A stretch of DNA of 64,000 nt from Octopus bimaculoides (taxonomy: Eukaryota): positions 39,216,873 through 39,280,872 of the forward strand of contig NC_068998.1 of the NCBI RefSeq assembly GCF_001194135.2. The letters run 5' to 3'. This document shows, piece after piece, positions 40,520 to 54,701 of this stretch; within the stretch, counting starts at the first letter, position 1, and the number at the start of each line of letters is the position of its first letter. A model generated the notes under the pieces. That model did no database searches and was not told the origin of the DNA. It was given only the letters and a program-made list of their open reading frames with translations. Both the position numbers and the translations under genes were made by a program.

Positions 40520-40863
40520 GGAATGGTTCTGAGACCCCCTTCAGTCATGGCTGATCATGGGATTGCACCTAGAAAGTTACCCTTCCAGGCACAATTGCGG
40601 CAAGGTTGTTTATGGAAGACCAGCAGTCGCCCATGCATACCGACCTCCCCTCTTCATGCCACCAGTGTTATCCAAGGGAAAGGCAAAGGCCGATACAGCT
40701 TGACACCTACGACGTTGCAACTCATTTCTACAGCTGAGTGAACTGGAGCAACGTGAAATAAAGTGTCTTGCTCAAGAACACAACACACAGCCCAGTCCGG
40801 GATTCGAACTCACAACCTCACGATTGTAAGCTCGACGCTCTAACCACTGAACCATGTGCATTC
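40520..40863 (-). mobile_element. tRNA-Arg-like SINE, family D (second copy ~60219-60524)
   Basis: Minus strand begins with a tRNA-like head (…CAGTGGTTAGAGCGTCGAGCTTAC…GTTCGAATCCCGG) followed by a ~270-nt unique body; near-identical copy at 60.2-60.5 kb; partial relatives at ~15110-15335, 41030-41250, 51860-52170. Confidence 0.8.
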
Positions 40864-43599
40864 AGGAATGGTTAGAGTCACTAAATAATTACTTTGAAGT
40901 AGTTTAGGCATATCCACCTGCTTGAGTGTTGTATTTTATCAAGATTGACTCTTTTATACCTTTGTAGATCGTAAAAGAAAAATATATGTTATATACTAAA
41001 GGTAAAAGGCAAAGTTATCTTCTTAAGTCATACTGACTCATAAGAGCCATTTTCATGGCACATATATCCCCCACCTGGATAGGGCACTGGTCTGTCGCAG
41101 GATTACTCATTTTTACAAGCTGAGTGGATTGGAGCAATGTGAAATGTAGTGTTTTGCTCAAGAACACAATGCGTTGCCCGGTCCAGAAATTGAAACCACA
41201 ATCTTACAAACATGAGTTGAACACCTTAAACACTAAGCCACACGCCTCCACATAAATTACATACTAGGTCCAATACAATTGCTAAACCAAAGATTCTTAA
41301 ATGGTAACAAGGAGTATCTAAGTGTTCTGTAGATTATTAAAAACTGATTTTTTAAGGCTTTAGAAAGTCAATATTAATACTTAATTATCTTGAAAAATGG
41401 TTTATTCATACATGAGCATGATTGATAAAACAAAGCAATAGTTTTTTCTTTCTTTTTTTTTTGTTTCAGTCATTTGACTGCACCCATGCTGGGGCACCAC
41501 CTCGATGGGCTTTAGTTGAACAAAACCCCAGGACTAAATTTTGTAAGCCTATTACGTATTTTATTAGTCTCTTTTGCCAAACCACTATGTTACAGGGATA
41601 TAAATACACCAACATAGGTTGTCAAACAGTGGCAGAGGTACAAACACACACACACACACATATACATGACAGGCTTCTTTCAGTTTCTGTCTACCAAATC
41701 CACTCACAAGGCTTTGGTTGGCCCGAGGCTATAGTAGAAATGAGACTGAACCTGGAACCATGTAATTGGGAAGCAAGCTTCTTACTACACAGCCGTGCCT
41801 CTTTTTTTTTTTTTTTTCCATGTAATGTATGCCAAAAATTCTTTCATTGATCTCCAGTGTACATTGAATTTAAAGTGACTTGAAACCATTTGATTTGACC
41901 CTTTTGTGGCAAATTTGTGGCTTGGTACCATTATTTACTCTGAAAAGAAGTGACAGTGTCTATAACCTTGACTTGGCATTGAGGATAACTGGATGAAGCA
42001 ACAATAGTTAACTTCTCAATTTACACTGTAGCAAGTTAAGGATTAAAAGAAGATAAGGAAGAATATGGATAGGGATAGGAATTGTAGAAAAATAATGTTC
42101 AGCAGAAGTAAGATAGGGTGAGTGAGACAACAGAAATGGATTCTGCTACTGTAATAGTGTGTCTTTGTCAAAATTACAAATTTCATAATGTCTCACTAAC
42201 TTGTACACTTTTACTTTTTCCAATAAGGTTTTTATTTCCCTGATCAAACTGAAGGAATTTTTCCATCACTGAAACTTGTAAGAATAAATAAGGATTCTTA
42301 TGTGATTCTATATCCACATTTTACAGGTTACTGTAAATGTGGGGGTTTGGAAATGGAGTGTAGTAAAAATGAAACAAAACCAAAATACTTCCTTCTGATA
42401 AGCAGATAAAAAATTATCTGTCCTGGATAGGAAATATACTTCCCAGATAATGTAATACCTATTCTGCTACATTTAAGAACTCTGAGGTATACAGAAAGAA
42501 ATGTCTGGCTAAAAGACACAACAATATGCCCACCAGTAGATTTGAACTTAAGATCTCTGAGCTGGTAGTCCAATATTATATCCATTTCACTTCTCATGTG
42601 AATTATGGGTGAAAGTATTGCTAGAATATCCAGTGATCCGCTTAAATTATAGTATGCACAACTGCAATCTCTCAGCACTTAGTAATGTTCCACAAATTGA
42701 TCATACTTGGTTCCCATTCGGTTTTGGCATTTGAGATGTTGAGTGACCTATTTGAAGAATTAGTTTCTTAGTGTCTGTTTTCCATGCTGGCATGGGTTAG
42801 ACGGTTTGATTGGAGATGGTAAGCTGGAGAGCTGTACTTTGGCTTGGTTTCTATGGCTGGATGCCCTTCGTAATACCAACCACTACTGAGTGTACTGGGT
42901 GCCTTTTATATGTCATTAGTATGGGTGCCATTCACATGTCACCAACACTAGGCCACAACCATGATTTCATTTAGCTTGGCATGTAAGCCCAGGATAAATT
43001 CCTTTACCCCGTGTTATTGGTGTTAAGTAATTCCAGTTATTTCTATTGTAGAAGAGGTAACTTGGAATATATGTTCCCGTGATCCAGAGAGATCCATTAC
43101 CATAATAGTTTTTTTTTCGGGGGGGGGGGGGTATTCTGTGGTCCTGACTAAAAACAAAACAAAGCAAAAACAATTGTCTTTGTAGTTTTTCCTCTGTTAA
43201 GGGCGAACGTTCTCCAAGATATAATTACAATGGTGAGGCCTATCATCGCCCAGTTTTCATTATTTAATCTTGGGTCAATGCTGATCCAACAAACCTATGA
43301 TTGGAGTTATTCCAGTCATAACTATTCAACATACCTACAAAAGTGTGCTGCCACCACAACTTTGTTTCTTCATAACTTTCAGAAAAATAGATCTTATTTT
43401 TTTAATTAAATTTTCTACATATATTTTTCAAGTGGTGTAGATTACAATTATATGTAAAAAGAATATAAAATTTTTTTTAAAATCAAAACAGAAAAGTAAA
43501 TTGTGGGTACGAACATACACATACTGACACGCAATCACATAATTTCTTTTCCTAAATTTCAAGATATAGGCGCAGGCGTAGTTGTGTGTTAATATTGTG

Positions 43600-43676
43600 G
43601 GTTAATATCTAGATCCACCTCTTTCATATACGGTGCACTTCAATTTTTCCACCAGGTGTGGATCTAGATATTAACC
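43600..43676. mobile_element. Small hairpin MITE-like element
   Basis: 19-bp perfect inverted repeat GGTTAATATCTAGATCCAC / GTGGATCTAGATATTAACC; flanks ATATTGTG and AGATTGTG (8 bp, one mismatch) may be a TSD. Confidence 0.55.
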
Positions 43677-45248
43677 AGATTGTGTGCGCGCCCACCATTC
43701 TTTTTTTACATTATATTCCGATATAATCTTAATCACTTTCTTTTTTAAATTATGAAGAAAATTTTAAAAAATTTTCCGAAACGGGCCTCTGAAAACTTTT
43801 TCACAAGAAATTCCGATACAGTGTGTAAGGTATTTGTACCAAATTTCATGAAAGAAAATAACCATTTTTCTGAAAGTTATGTGGAAACAAAATTGGTATG
43901 GAAGGCACATTTATATAGTTATGCCTTTACTAGTTGGTAGAGTGCGACTTTGAATAAATATCAATTTTTTTTCTTTCTAAAATGACTCGCAATCAGTTGG
44001 TCGTACCCTAACCATAAGGAAGAATGCTGTTTGTTGTGATTACAATGAGAAAGGGCTGAGTGGAGAAGATAGTGAACGGTTACACTGAAGGATAGCGTCC
44101 ACTGTCCTCAAGCCCTATTGATTTACTTTAATTCGCTTCCTGGTTGTGAGGTTTTTGACCGTAAGCTATGCTGATCATAGACTGGTCTGATACTATAAAC
44201 AACAATATACGACAAGGTGCTGGATTTTCTTTATGATTTTATCGCAAAACTTTCCTGAAAAAGAAAAAGAAAGAAAAAGCGGACGATCCTTTTGCTAAGG
44301 TTCAATGAAGAGCGACTGCGCTGTGGTTCTTTTGGTTCGAGCTCTCTTTTGTTAACAAGTTGGGTCCTATAAGACTCAAAGGGGTTAGTAAAAGGATATT
44401 GTTAACCCTGGTAAATTTACGCAATCAGTATGTATTGTCCTTCCACAAACAAGAATGTTGTCTCATGTCCTTTCGCAAGCATCTGAGCAACAAAATAGAC
44501 TTAATCAAGTTTTCTCGAATAGTTAAGCAATATTAATAAAATAAAATTCGGATATAGAGATTGGGTTAGGGAACAAAAAAAAAAAAAGACAAAAAACTCA
44601 CGATGGAGATGTTTTTAAACAAATAAAATATTACAATATGCTTATGTTGAATTGGCCAGGGTCGGATGGAATAATCCAACTGTTAATTCATACTGGCTAT
44701 TGATCAGGTGTTGCTTCGTAATGACAATAACCCTCTCCTCAGTCGATAGATTGTGTGGTGTGATTTCTTTAAAAGTGCCTCGCCTTGTCAGCAGTGTTGT
44801 AATGTGAAATAAACATTTATCCAAACATTTCTGAAATCATTTACTCCTGTATTTAATCATTCACCTAAATGAGCTTTATCCTTTCTTAGAAAGATTAATT
44901 AAAATGCAAAAAAGTCAACTTATTTCGTAACTGAGCCGCCAACAAAAACACCAACTCGTAATAGTTTCACTTTGAAATTTATCTTCAAGGAAGTGCATTA
45001 CGTCATTGAAAATAAACTTTAACACAAATCTTTAAAATTTTCGTAATTTTTTAAACTATAATATTATATCTTTTTAGCTATTTATATATATATATATATA
45101 TATGTTTAAGCAATTGTATCCGGATAAATTTCTTTATTTTTATAAAACTACAATAGCATTTTGAGAGCAATGTTTTTTATGACTATAAGCGACCCTCGTT
45201 AGTGTGTGAGAAGTGAAGGGAGGTAACAAACGGTGTCGCACCACAGAG

Positions 45249-45404
45249 ATGGCCACTGCATTATTTCGCACAGCACACATCGACTGGAGTATTTCTTCTG
45301 AACTTATTTATTCTCTAAATCAATCGAAATCAGCTTTCCAAACTACCAGATTATTGCGATCTTGTCGACACAAACCATACCAGACAATATGGTTCAAACC
45401 TATG
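45249..45404 (+). CDS. ABCB7: Probable ABCB7 coding exon 1, mitochondrial presequence-like (MATALFRTAHIDWSISSELIYSLNQSKSAFQTTRLLRSCRHKPYQTIWFKPM)
   Basis: gagATGG start in a locally CpG-enriched region; Arg/Ser/Leu-rich, acid-poor peptide; phase-0 GTGAGA donor compatible with the phase-0 exon at 55172. Assigned by position and composition, not by recognisable homology. Confidence 0.6.
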
Positions 45405-48400
45405 GTGAGAATTAATTTTTTTTAAAAATTTTTCCTTGTGCTGCGGAGAAGTCTCATCAAACCGATCCCTTAATTCGGTTTCGTTTGCCTATCGTAACCT
45501 CTACGCTAACGTCTCCAGTGCTCTTGAGAAAGAGATGAATGCCAGAATGTCCCAAAATCTGTAAATCTAAGTCTTCGTCTCTCTTGCGGGACGTTGCCCT
45601 TTATAATAAACAACTTTCTCTACTAAACTATACGATGAAGTATTTAAAAACGAGAGGTCGAGATTGTGTCACGTTAATCATTCTTCAACTTAAGTAGCTC
45701 TGATTGTTTACATTTTTATTTTGATGAAGGATGTAACACTTTGATGAGCAATCGAGAACAACTTCACTTTAGGCTTATAGCTCGATTATTCAGAGTATGC
45801 ACTTTAAATGATAAAAGCTGTTATCTATTTTCTCTCACTTTCTTTGAAGGTGAAGAACTTTGTTATTTACCCGGCTTCGTTATTGTTCATTTTCATATGA
45901 ATTATTTATATGTATTGATCTGTTAGTTTACTCTCTGCAGATTCATCCCCCCCAGAAATGGTTGAATACCTAGCTTGAAGTAATTTAATGAATCGTAAAA
46001 CTGTTAGCGGGGGAAGCTTTGAGTGTTGTTTACTTGGGGCGACGAAAAAGCTTCATCGTGGTCGCAGAGCTTGTTAAAACATCCAAATCTACTTCAAATT
46101 ACATTCTGCCTCTTTATAAAAGGGCACGTTGGATAATGTGATCGGTATAGATTGTTTGGCAACCAGAGAAGAATTTGTTTTTGGTAAAATAGATACATTA
46201 TTACGAAAATTTTCGCCAAATGTAACTCAAACACTCTAGTTTAAAAACAAAATCCAACACCATGATAGATTTTCTATAAAGTAAATCTTTAGGATCAAAA
46301 AAGTAAATGTCTTGATATTTCAAAATTTGAAGAACTAAAAAATTCGTTAACAAATCAATAGAACCCATATTAGACACCTGCACCACAATAATATTTAAAG
46401 AATGCGATTTTTGGAGGTAAAATAAGACAAATTATTCGATATATTTCAAAAGAAAGGAACTGGTGATAAACTTTTACACAATTAAGATTGTGAATCCGGT
46501 TGAATCTTAGCACCGACTATCGATTTTTTCGCAATTATTTTAGATAAAATATGATAATAATATTCATGTCTGTTACTTAACTGTCAACAACCAAGGTAAC
46601 ATTTTTTTTCCTTCTGTACAATCCTTGCATCTTCTGATCTTGTGCAGTTAGCGAGTAACGAAGGTAAAGGTTCCTTGCGGCCAAAACTTTCAGGTTTGTA
46701 GGTAAAGATCAATAGTGTGTTCAGACTCGAACCTTTACGTTAACTTTCCTCATAGTTAGTCTCCAAGTATTCTGCGAGGTTTATCTCGAGCAAATGCTAA
46801 TGTGGGAGTAACAATGACGGAAAAGTTTAAGACGGTAATTTCAGCCCATCTTTGAAACTTTTCTTAGAATTCCAACCAATCGTTTGTGAATTTCTTTCAC
46901 TTTAAAATTAGAAGTTTTCCTTTAGAATGTTTCATTGAGTTAAATGGAATTTTTTTCTTGTGGAATTATTCGCTAGATAAAACGAAAAAATTTCTCTTAA
47001 TTTTACTTGATAAAAATATAAAGTACTCTCAATCTAATTTTATCATTAATATTCTGTTTTTAAATAATGCAAAACTTCATATATGATGAGCATCTTATTT
47101 TCGCCAAAATCACTCCTAATATTTGTATAATTGATGGGATTCGATTGCAAATTTTACCACTCTCACCGTTATGAAGAAAACCCTCCAANNNNNNNNNNNN
47201 NNNNNNNNNNNNNNNNNNNNNNNNNNNNNNNNNNNNNNNNNNNNNNNNNNNNNNNNNNNNNNNNNNNNNNNNNNNNNNNNNNNNNNNNNNNNNNNNNNNN
47301 NNNNNNNNNNNNNNNNNNNNNNNNNNNNNNNNNNNNNNNNNNNNNNNNNNNNNNNNNNNNNNNNNNNNNNNNNNNNNNNNNNNNNNNNNNNNNNNNNNNN
47401 NNNNNNNNNNNNNNNNNNNNNNNNNNNNNNNNNNNNNNNNNNNNNNNNNNATATATATGGCACAAGGCCAGCAGGTTTGGGGAGAGGCCAAGTCGATTAA
47501 ATCGATCCTCAGTGTTTAACTAGTACTTATTTTATTGACCCGAAAGGATGAAAGTTAGTCAACTCCGGCAGAATTTGAACTCAGAACGTAAACACAGGCG
47601 AAATGCCGCTAAACCCGGCGTGCTAAAGATTCTGTAGCTCGCCGCTTTAACCCATAAAACGTTGGGATTTGCACTTACATAGCATGGACTGCTGAGCACA
47701 TTTTATGAAAATGAGACTACCATGCACACATAAAAAACAAAAAATAGTTAAAATATCTTCTAAGTATATAATGTGACAAGTTTTACATCATCTTAAAAGA
47801 CAATAGTTGAACTATCTCTTGATAGACATTTCAACAAACGCCCATAAATAAATGCATCTACCTGGGCCACGCTCGTGGCCTGTCGACCTGTGCCTGACGG
47901 CCACGGTTGTGGCCTATCGCGCTTTATGTGTTAATAAAATGAAATATTAAAAAATGAAACTATATCAGAATATACGGTAGATTATCTACTGTTGTAAATA
48001 CTGAAATAGGAAGGCACTCGTTTCTTGATCATGTACCCTTTAAGTTCCAACGTTAACAAAAACAGTTTTGACTAAAAACAAAATCCAACATTGGCAAAGG
48101 GCAACCGGTTCTACTTAAATACAGAAGTACCTACGCATCTACGTAACCCTAAAACTAACCTTAACCGGGGCTAATGCAGTTTCGCACCTTTCCATGAAAA
48201 AAGCAATTTTTTGAAAATATTTTTCGGATTCCTGCTTTTTCATCCATTTATTTATTTGTCTGTCTATTTATCCCTACCCGTTTATTCATATCTATCTATC
48301 TATACATACATACACACATAACAAAATGCTTATTGAATATAAAATTTTGAAAACGTGGTTGGATCTTTCTGATTTGGCGGGCACCATTTTTTATGTATGT

Positions 48401-49824
48401 TTTATTTAGTGTGTTTTCTACCGAAACACTTTAAAACTTCGTATACTTGTATATTTTGTCATATAGAACAGAGAAAAAATTTTATATTCGAAGTTATTTC
48501 ATGTTAAAAGTTGTATTNNNNNNNNNNNNNNNNNNNNNNNNNNNNNNNNNNNNNNNNNNNNNNNNNNNNNNNNNNNNNNNNNNNNNNNNNNNNNNNNNNN
48601 NNNNNNNNNNNNNNNNNNNNNNNNNNNNNNNNNNNNNNNNNNNNNNNNNNNNNNNNNNNNNNNNNNNNNNNNNNNNNNNNNNNNNNNNNNNNNNNNNNNN
48701 NNNNNNNNNNNNNNNNNNNNNNNNNNNNNNNNNNNNNNNNNNNNNNNNNNNNNNNNNNNNNNNNNNNNNNNNNNNNNNNNNNNNNNNNNNNNNNNNNNNN
48801 NNNNNNNNNNNNNNNNNNNNNNNNNNNNNNNNNNNNNNNNNNNNNNNNNNNNNNNNNNNNNNNNNNNNNNNNNNNNNNNNNNNNNNNNNNNNNNNNNNNN
48901 NNNNNNNNNNNNNNNNNNNNNNNNNNNNNNNNNNNNNNNNNNNNNNNNNNNNNNNNNNNNNNTCTTTGAAAGAAACTTGGCTACTATTTTTAGCAGGTCA
49001 AGCAATCATGCAGAACAGGAGTGGAGAAACCCTTTACTGCTGGTAAAATTTTCCTCATATTCAACTTCTCTGAAAAATGTTTGAAGCATTAATTAAATAT
49101 AAAATAGCGACTGAGACCTTTGGAGATATGCTGTGCTTGAGAAGACCTGGCAAGCCAAGTGAGATCGTAGCTGTGGCCAGCGTCACATAACCAGCTCATT
49201 TAAGAGTACCCTTCAATTGTCAAGCAATATGCTGTGCTTGAGAAGACCTGCTAAGTCAAGTGAGATCGTTGTTGTGGCCAATGCCAGTACCACCTGACTG
49301 GCACCCATGCTGGTGGCACGTAAAAAGCACCGTTTCAGCATGGTTGATGCCAGTGCCGCTGAACTGGCTCCTGTGCCAGTGGCACATAAAAAACACCAAC
49401 TACTCTCGGAGTGGCTGGCATTAGGAAGGGCATCCAGCTGTAGAAACTCTGCCAGATCAGATTGGAGCCTGGTGCAGCCTCTTGGCTAACNNNNNNNNNN
49501 ATTGGAGCCTGGTGCAGCCTCTTGGCTAACCAGTCCTCAGTCAAACCATCCAACCCATGCCAGCATGGAAAGTGGACGTTAAACAATGATCATGATGATG
49601 AAATGGCTCTCAATACTTAAAACGATATTTAAGTCATTTTAATTATCTGGATCATTAATGCATTATAACATTTTAATTAATAATGTTAAGTGAAATTACA
49701 GGTTCCATAATTTTCTTGGTACTAACCTACTCCACTCATAAGTTCTTATGCACTTGGTACTAAAAAATTCCCCACCTTGGTGGAGAGCTTGTCTGCTGTT
49801 TATTGCAGTTGAGTACCTTTGCAG

Positions 49825-49968
49825 CAAAAGCAGTATTGTTGCCTTTTACAACAGCAGAGTATTCAAATGTGTCTGGCACAAGAACCTCCTAGTCAAGTTG
49901 CCTGCCATTGGTGTCTGCCCTTTTCTCATCAGAAATTTTTTGTCACACCACTCCAACACAATGTGTCA
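49825..49968 (+). CDS. ABCB7: Candidate ABCB7 exon 2 (QKQYCCLLQQQSIQMCLAQEPPSQVACHWCLPFSHQKFFVTPLQHNVS)
   Basis: Non-repetitive open segment with ttTGCAG acceptor and TCA|GTAAGT donor, 144 nt, phase 0/0, so it fits between the flanking exons; no recognisable homology. Confidence 0.4.
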
Positions 49969-52900
49969 GTAAGTCTCTCACTGTTAAACATTCTACCAAC
50001 AATAACATGCTCAGAGTTCAGTTATATCTCCTAGATTCCTTAAGAAGAAACCTTGCAAACATCCTTTAATAGGTACACATCAATCTAATCTTCTTCAACA
50101 GTACTAAGATACTGTCGCCACATGTATTCAACCAACATTATATTCTCTCTACTCATAAGCAACATGAAGCTAAGTTCTTTTCGATCATTAGTCCTCAATG
50201 TATTTGATGAGTGTTTAAAGATGACATGACCAAAACAAATTGAGTAAGACCAGAAGTTGAAGCACCTTAACCACAAGTATGTTAAGGCCAGTACCATGGA
50301 TCATAAAGGTGGTGAACTGGCAGAATCATTAGCACACTGAGCAAAATGCTTAGTGGTATTTCGTCTACTGTTACGTTCGACTTTGCCTTTCATTCTTTCA
50401 GGGTTGATGGGCTTCTTTCAGTTTCCATCTACTAAATCCACTCACAAGGTTTTGGTCAGCCTAAGGCTATAGTAGAAGACACTTACCCAAGGTGGCATGC
50501 AGTGGGACTGAACCCAAAACCATGTGGCTGAGAAGCAAGTTTCTTATCACATAACCATGCCTGCACCTGTGGGGATAGTTTTAATAAATCAAAAATTTAT
50601 GTTATATGGTGTTTGATATACCTGTACTTATCCATGTTGTTCGAAAACTGGTCTCTTTCAATTATTTCTCTGCGCTCATTTTCATTTAAACTATAACACT
50701 GAATTTACGTAATGGTTACAAAAAGTACTCAGCCATATATGTTATTATATGGTAAGTAGGTAATTCAACTTATTGAAATTATCAATTTACTATACAAGTT
50801 GTTCTCTAATGAGGGTTACACTTGCGTCTTGAAGAGGGTAGATAATTGTTCAGTTTTACATTCTGGCTCCAGAGAGGAAAACTGGTTCTGGAAATGTAAT
50901 TTACTTTTGTTATTAATGTCTGAAAGAATGTTTAAATTATAGCAATTAGTAAACTATTAAAAATGCAAAACAAATTATGAATACATAACTTCGGTGTGAC
51001 ATGACATGGTTTGGTTATGGCTGATTTCACACAGCACTGGGCCCGAGAGAAATTAGCTTTAACTATTATTGTTAGGTCAACTAATTATTATTAATTGCTG
51101 TACCAAGTCTGAATCAAAGTTAGGTTTCATTTTTTGAAAGAAGTTTTTGATTAACAATGCCCTGAGATAAGAATATATACATTACAACTACATATTTTTC
51201 TATTCGTCCAACAATTAATAGGATTAATAACTTATTGATATAATCAATTATGGAATGTCTGGAGAGAAAGATTTATGCTTGACACAATTAATTGGCACTT
51301 AAGCAATAAAACATACTAATGATCAGAGATGTTCCAATAATGATCATTCTTGTCCCTTTTTTTTTTTTTCAGACATTGTAAATCTAGGACTACATTATTC
51401 AATGTCTTCTTCCTTTTCTTGAGCTGGTAGGTTGTAATTTATGAGAAAATTTGGCTGCTGTTTCTAGCTGTCCAAGCAACCACATTGTCTTCCTCATTGA
51501 TTTGCAGTTGAGGCTCATTCATTACTTCTGTGTTTAATTTCCTGTGCATTTATAAATGCAGTGTTTCAAATCAGATGGCAAGTTGGGCAAAAATGAGATA
51601 AGCCTGTTGCTTTACTATTTTAACACTCCTAGATGGGGGAAGATGCTAAACAAACATGTGGCCATCCTTGTTGTTTAGCCACGGGTTAACACTGACAGAG
51701 TTACCTATGGTCAAAGATGCTGCAGTCCTGACAATCCCTTTCCTCTTGTGCATCACCTGTCTCAGACTACATTACCCAGTGTATCCATTTATCCCATTCA
51801 AAACTGTGTAATATATATTGAAAGTAATTTGGCTTCTATTTCTAGCAGTTCTAGTGACCATGAAGGCACATGGCTTAGTGGTTGAGGTAATCTACTCACA
51901 GTCGTATGGTCATGAGTTCAACTCCTGGCTGTGCATTGTGTCCTTGAGTAAGACAGTTTATTTCACATTGCTCCAGTCCACTCAGCTGGCAAAAACAAAG
52001 TGTACCTGTAATTCAGAAGGCTGGCCATGTCACATTGTGTCATGCTGAATCTCCCTGTGAACTACATGAAGGGTTTATGTGTCTGTGGAGTGCTCAACCA
52101 CTTGCACGTTAATTTCAAGAGCAGGCTGTTCCATTAATCAGATCAACTGGAACCCATGTCATCGTAACTGACAGCGTGTCAGTGACCATACGGAGGCTCT
52201 CTCATTCATTAGCTCATGCATAGACACTATATTATCAGATAGCTGCTTCAAGAGCATTCGAAGTTCAAATCCCAGATTAGGAGAGCAGCTTGTAAGTAAA
52301 TTAGAAAGGTATCATGATTGACAATCCAGCAGTGAAAATGGCACTTGATCATTCTCTGATACTGATATGAAGGTTGCATTCTCTTAGACATGAAGGCATT
52401 TGATGGCCTTAGGTGTCAGAAAATGTGACATGATAACAAAATGGCCTATGATGGATATGTGTTGTTCAATTCTTAGCAGATGTGTGTTCTTTTCCAGCAG
52501 TAGTTATCTTAACAGTTTGGCAGTAATAGTGGACTAGTAATGATGGACTTTAACCCTTCAGCATTCAGATTACTTTGTCAAAAGCAAAACTTATTTATTC
52601 ACGTTGTTTTGCATTAATCAGGTAATATCTTGTAGCTACAAAACTTTGATGATGTGATTATTTAGTTTTAGAATGATATTATAGAGCAAGGTATGAGAAG
52701 CCAAATATGACCAGCTTGAACCAAAAAACAGGTAGAATAATTTACCCAGATATGCTTAGTTTAAATGCTAATGGGTTAATGCTTCTTTCAGTGGCTTGCT
52801 GAAAAAGTTGAGATAGGGTTGGTTATGAGTTTTGGGTGAGGAACAAATCTTTACTTTTCATTTTTTTGAAGTTGATAAAATAAGTACCAGTTAAGAACTG

Positions 52901-54238
52901 GGAACCAATGTAATTGTCTTACCCTTCCCCTAAAAATTGCCTGCCGTGTGCCAAAATTTGAAACCATGGCAGCAAGCTGGCAGAAACAGCACACAGGACA
53001 AAATGCTTCTCAGCATTTCTTATGACTTTACATTTCTGAGTTCAGGTTCCACCAAGATCACCTTTGCTTTTCCATCCTTTCAGGATTAATATAATCAACT
53101 ATCCTCCACCTTCAAGATTTCAGGCCTTGTGCCTATCATAGAAAGAATTATTATCATCAAAAGCAGGTTGAATGCAAGATAACTGCATTCCAAAAATTCT
53201 TTTGTGTGTTCAACAAGTGGAGAGATTCCCTGGTAAAGGAAGACCCTCCTTAGGTATATGGAGAAGTTGAAACAATCACTATAAACCCTACAGTTTAATT
53301 TAACATTTTGGGAAAGTTATTGCTTAGATTGATCTGCATGGCATAAAATGTGTCATAATGCATTTAAACAATTTGAGTTGAAGAAACAGAACAATGAAAG
53401 AATTATATCCTGCAATCAACAGACACATTAGTCCGATCCCAGGCAAAATCAAAATCATCATTGTCCTCATTGTGACTTCATAGCAAAATCCATACCCAGA
53501 CTCAAATTACATTCATGCATCCATTGTGAATAAATGCAGCTTCTTTTGTTTTTTGATCTTTTTTTTTAAAATCCTTTCCTTCAAACACTTATCATTATTA
53601 TTATTATTAAGGTGACAAGCTGGTAGAATGATTACTGTGCCAGGCAAAATGCTTAGCGGCATTTCATTCATCTTTATGTTCTGAGTTCAAATTCTTCCAA
53701 GGTCAACTTTGCTTTCCATCTTTTCATGGTTGATAAGATAAGTACCAGTTGAGCACTGTGGGTCAATGTAATCGACATACTCCCCATATCCTGAACTTGC
53801 TGGCCTTGTGCCAAAATTTGAAACCATTATCATCATCATTATCATCATTATTATTATTATTATTATTTGCAGGTCAGAGGTTCCACTGGAAAGGTGAAAA
53901 GCCCTAAGACTTTGAAGTTTTCATTGTTTACACAGTTCAGTAAACTTTTCAAAAGGGTTTGTATAAAAATCTTTGACTTGGTTGTCTTAAATATTAGCTT
54001 GGGTTGGAGCAAGTGATAGAATAACGATGAGACAAAGGATAATATATTTGATGGTAGCGGTGTTGTTGTTGCTGGGATTATTCAGATTTGTTATTTATTT
54101 ACGTTTCTGCGTTCATAAATCAAATCTCACTGCAGGTGACTTTATATTTCAGTTGTCCCCCTTGAATTGATAAACGTTATGCTAGCCTATAAGTAGGTTA
54201 TCTCCCTTGGCTAGGCGGCGCTCCATGTAGACAATTAA

Positions 54239-54445
54239 ACTTCCGCAGACTATCCACGCTATTGTTATTGTTTCGATGATTCAGCTATCGAAGTACTTAC
54301 TGTGCCTAAGTTAAAGAAATATTTAAGATTATATGGACAGTATGTTACTGGAAGAAAGGCGGACTTGACTGAAAGGTATAAAAATTCTGTCGATGAAGAA
54401 TGTCAACAAAGTAAATTCATCGGACGATACTTCAGACAGGAATAA
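54239..54445 (+). pseudogene. SAP-domain reading frame (…EVLTVPKLKKYLRLYGQYVTGRKADLTER…), start codon lost
   Basis: Fits the SAP pattern LxVxxLKxxLxxxGxxxxGxKxxLxxR; in-frame upstream TAG-GCG-GCG (54212) may be a decayed ATG-GCG-GCG; in-frame TAA at 54236; AG|GTATAA donor at 54375 directly after the domain. Confidence 0.6.
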
Positions 54446-54701
54446 GCAGAAGCTTATATCTGCTCTCGGTGAAGCTAGGCTTACTCGAAATTCCCACATT
54501 CATTCAGAACATTAACAACAATTTCAATGTATTTATTATTTGAATGCAAAATTGTTTATTAAAAATACCTGTACATCAACACAACAATTATTAGATTAAA
54601 CATTCGAATTTGTTTCCCTCTTGAATTTTAACATGTTCTAATCTGTTAATGAGGAGATAAATCAAAGAGACATTTCACTCATCTACTAACTGCGTATATG
54701 A

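Noticed and set aside
44642-44824. 60-aa minus-strand ORF near the ABCB7 promoter
   Set aside because: TTG start, no recognisable motif and no convincing splice pair; cannot be supported.
48090-48195. GG-initial segment with TAACCCTAA, resembling the telomeric MITE
   Set aside because: Inverted ends are poor and no TSD was found.
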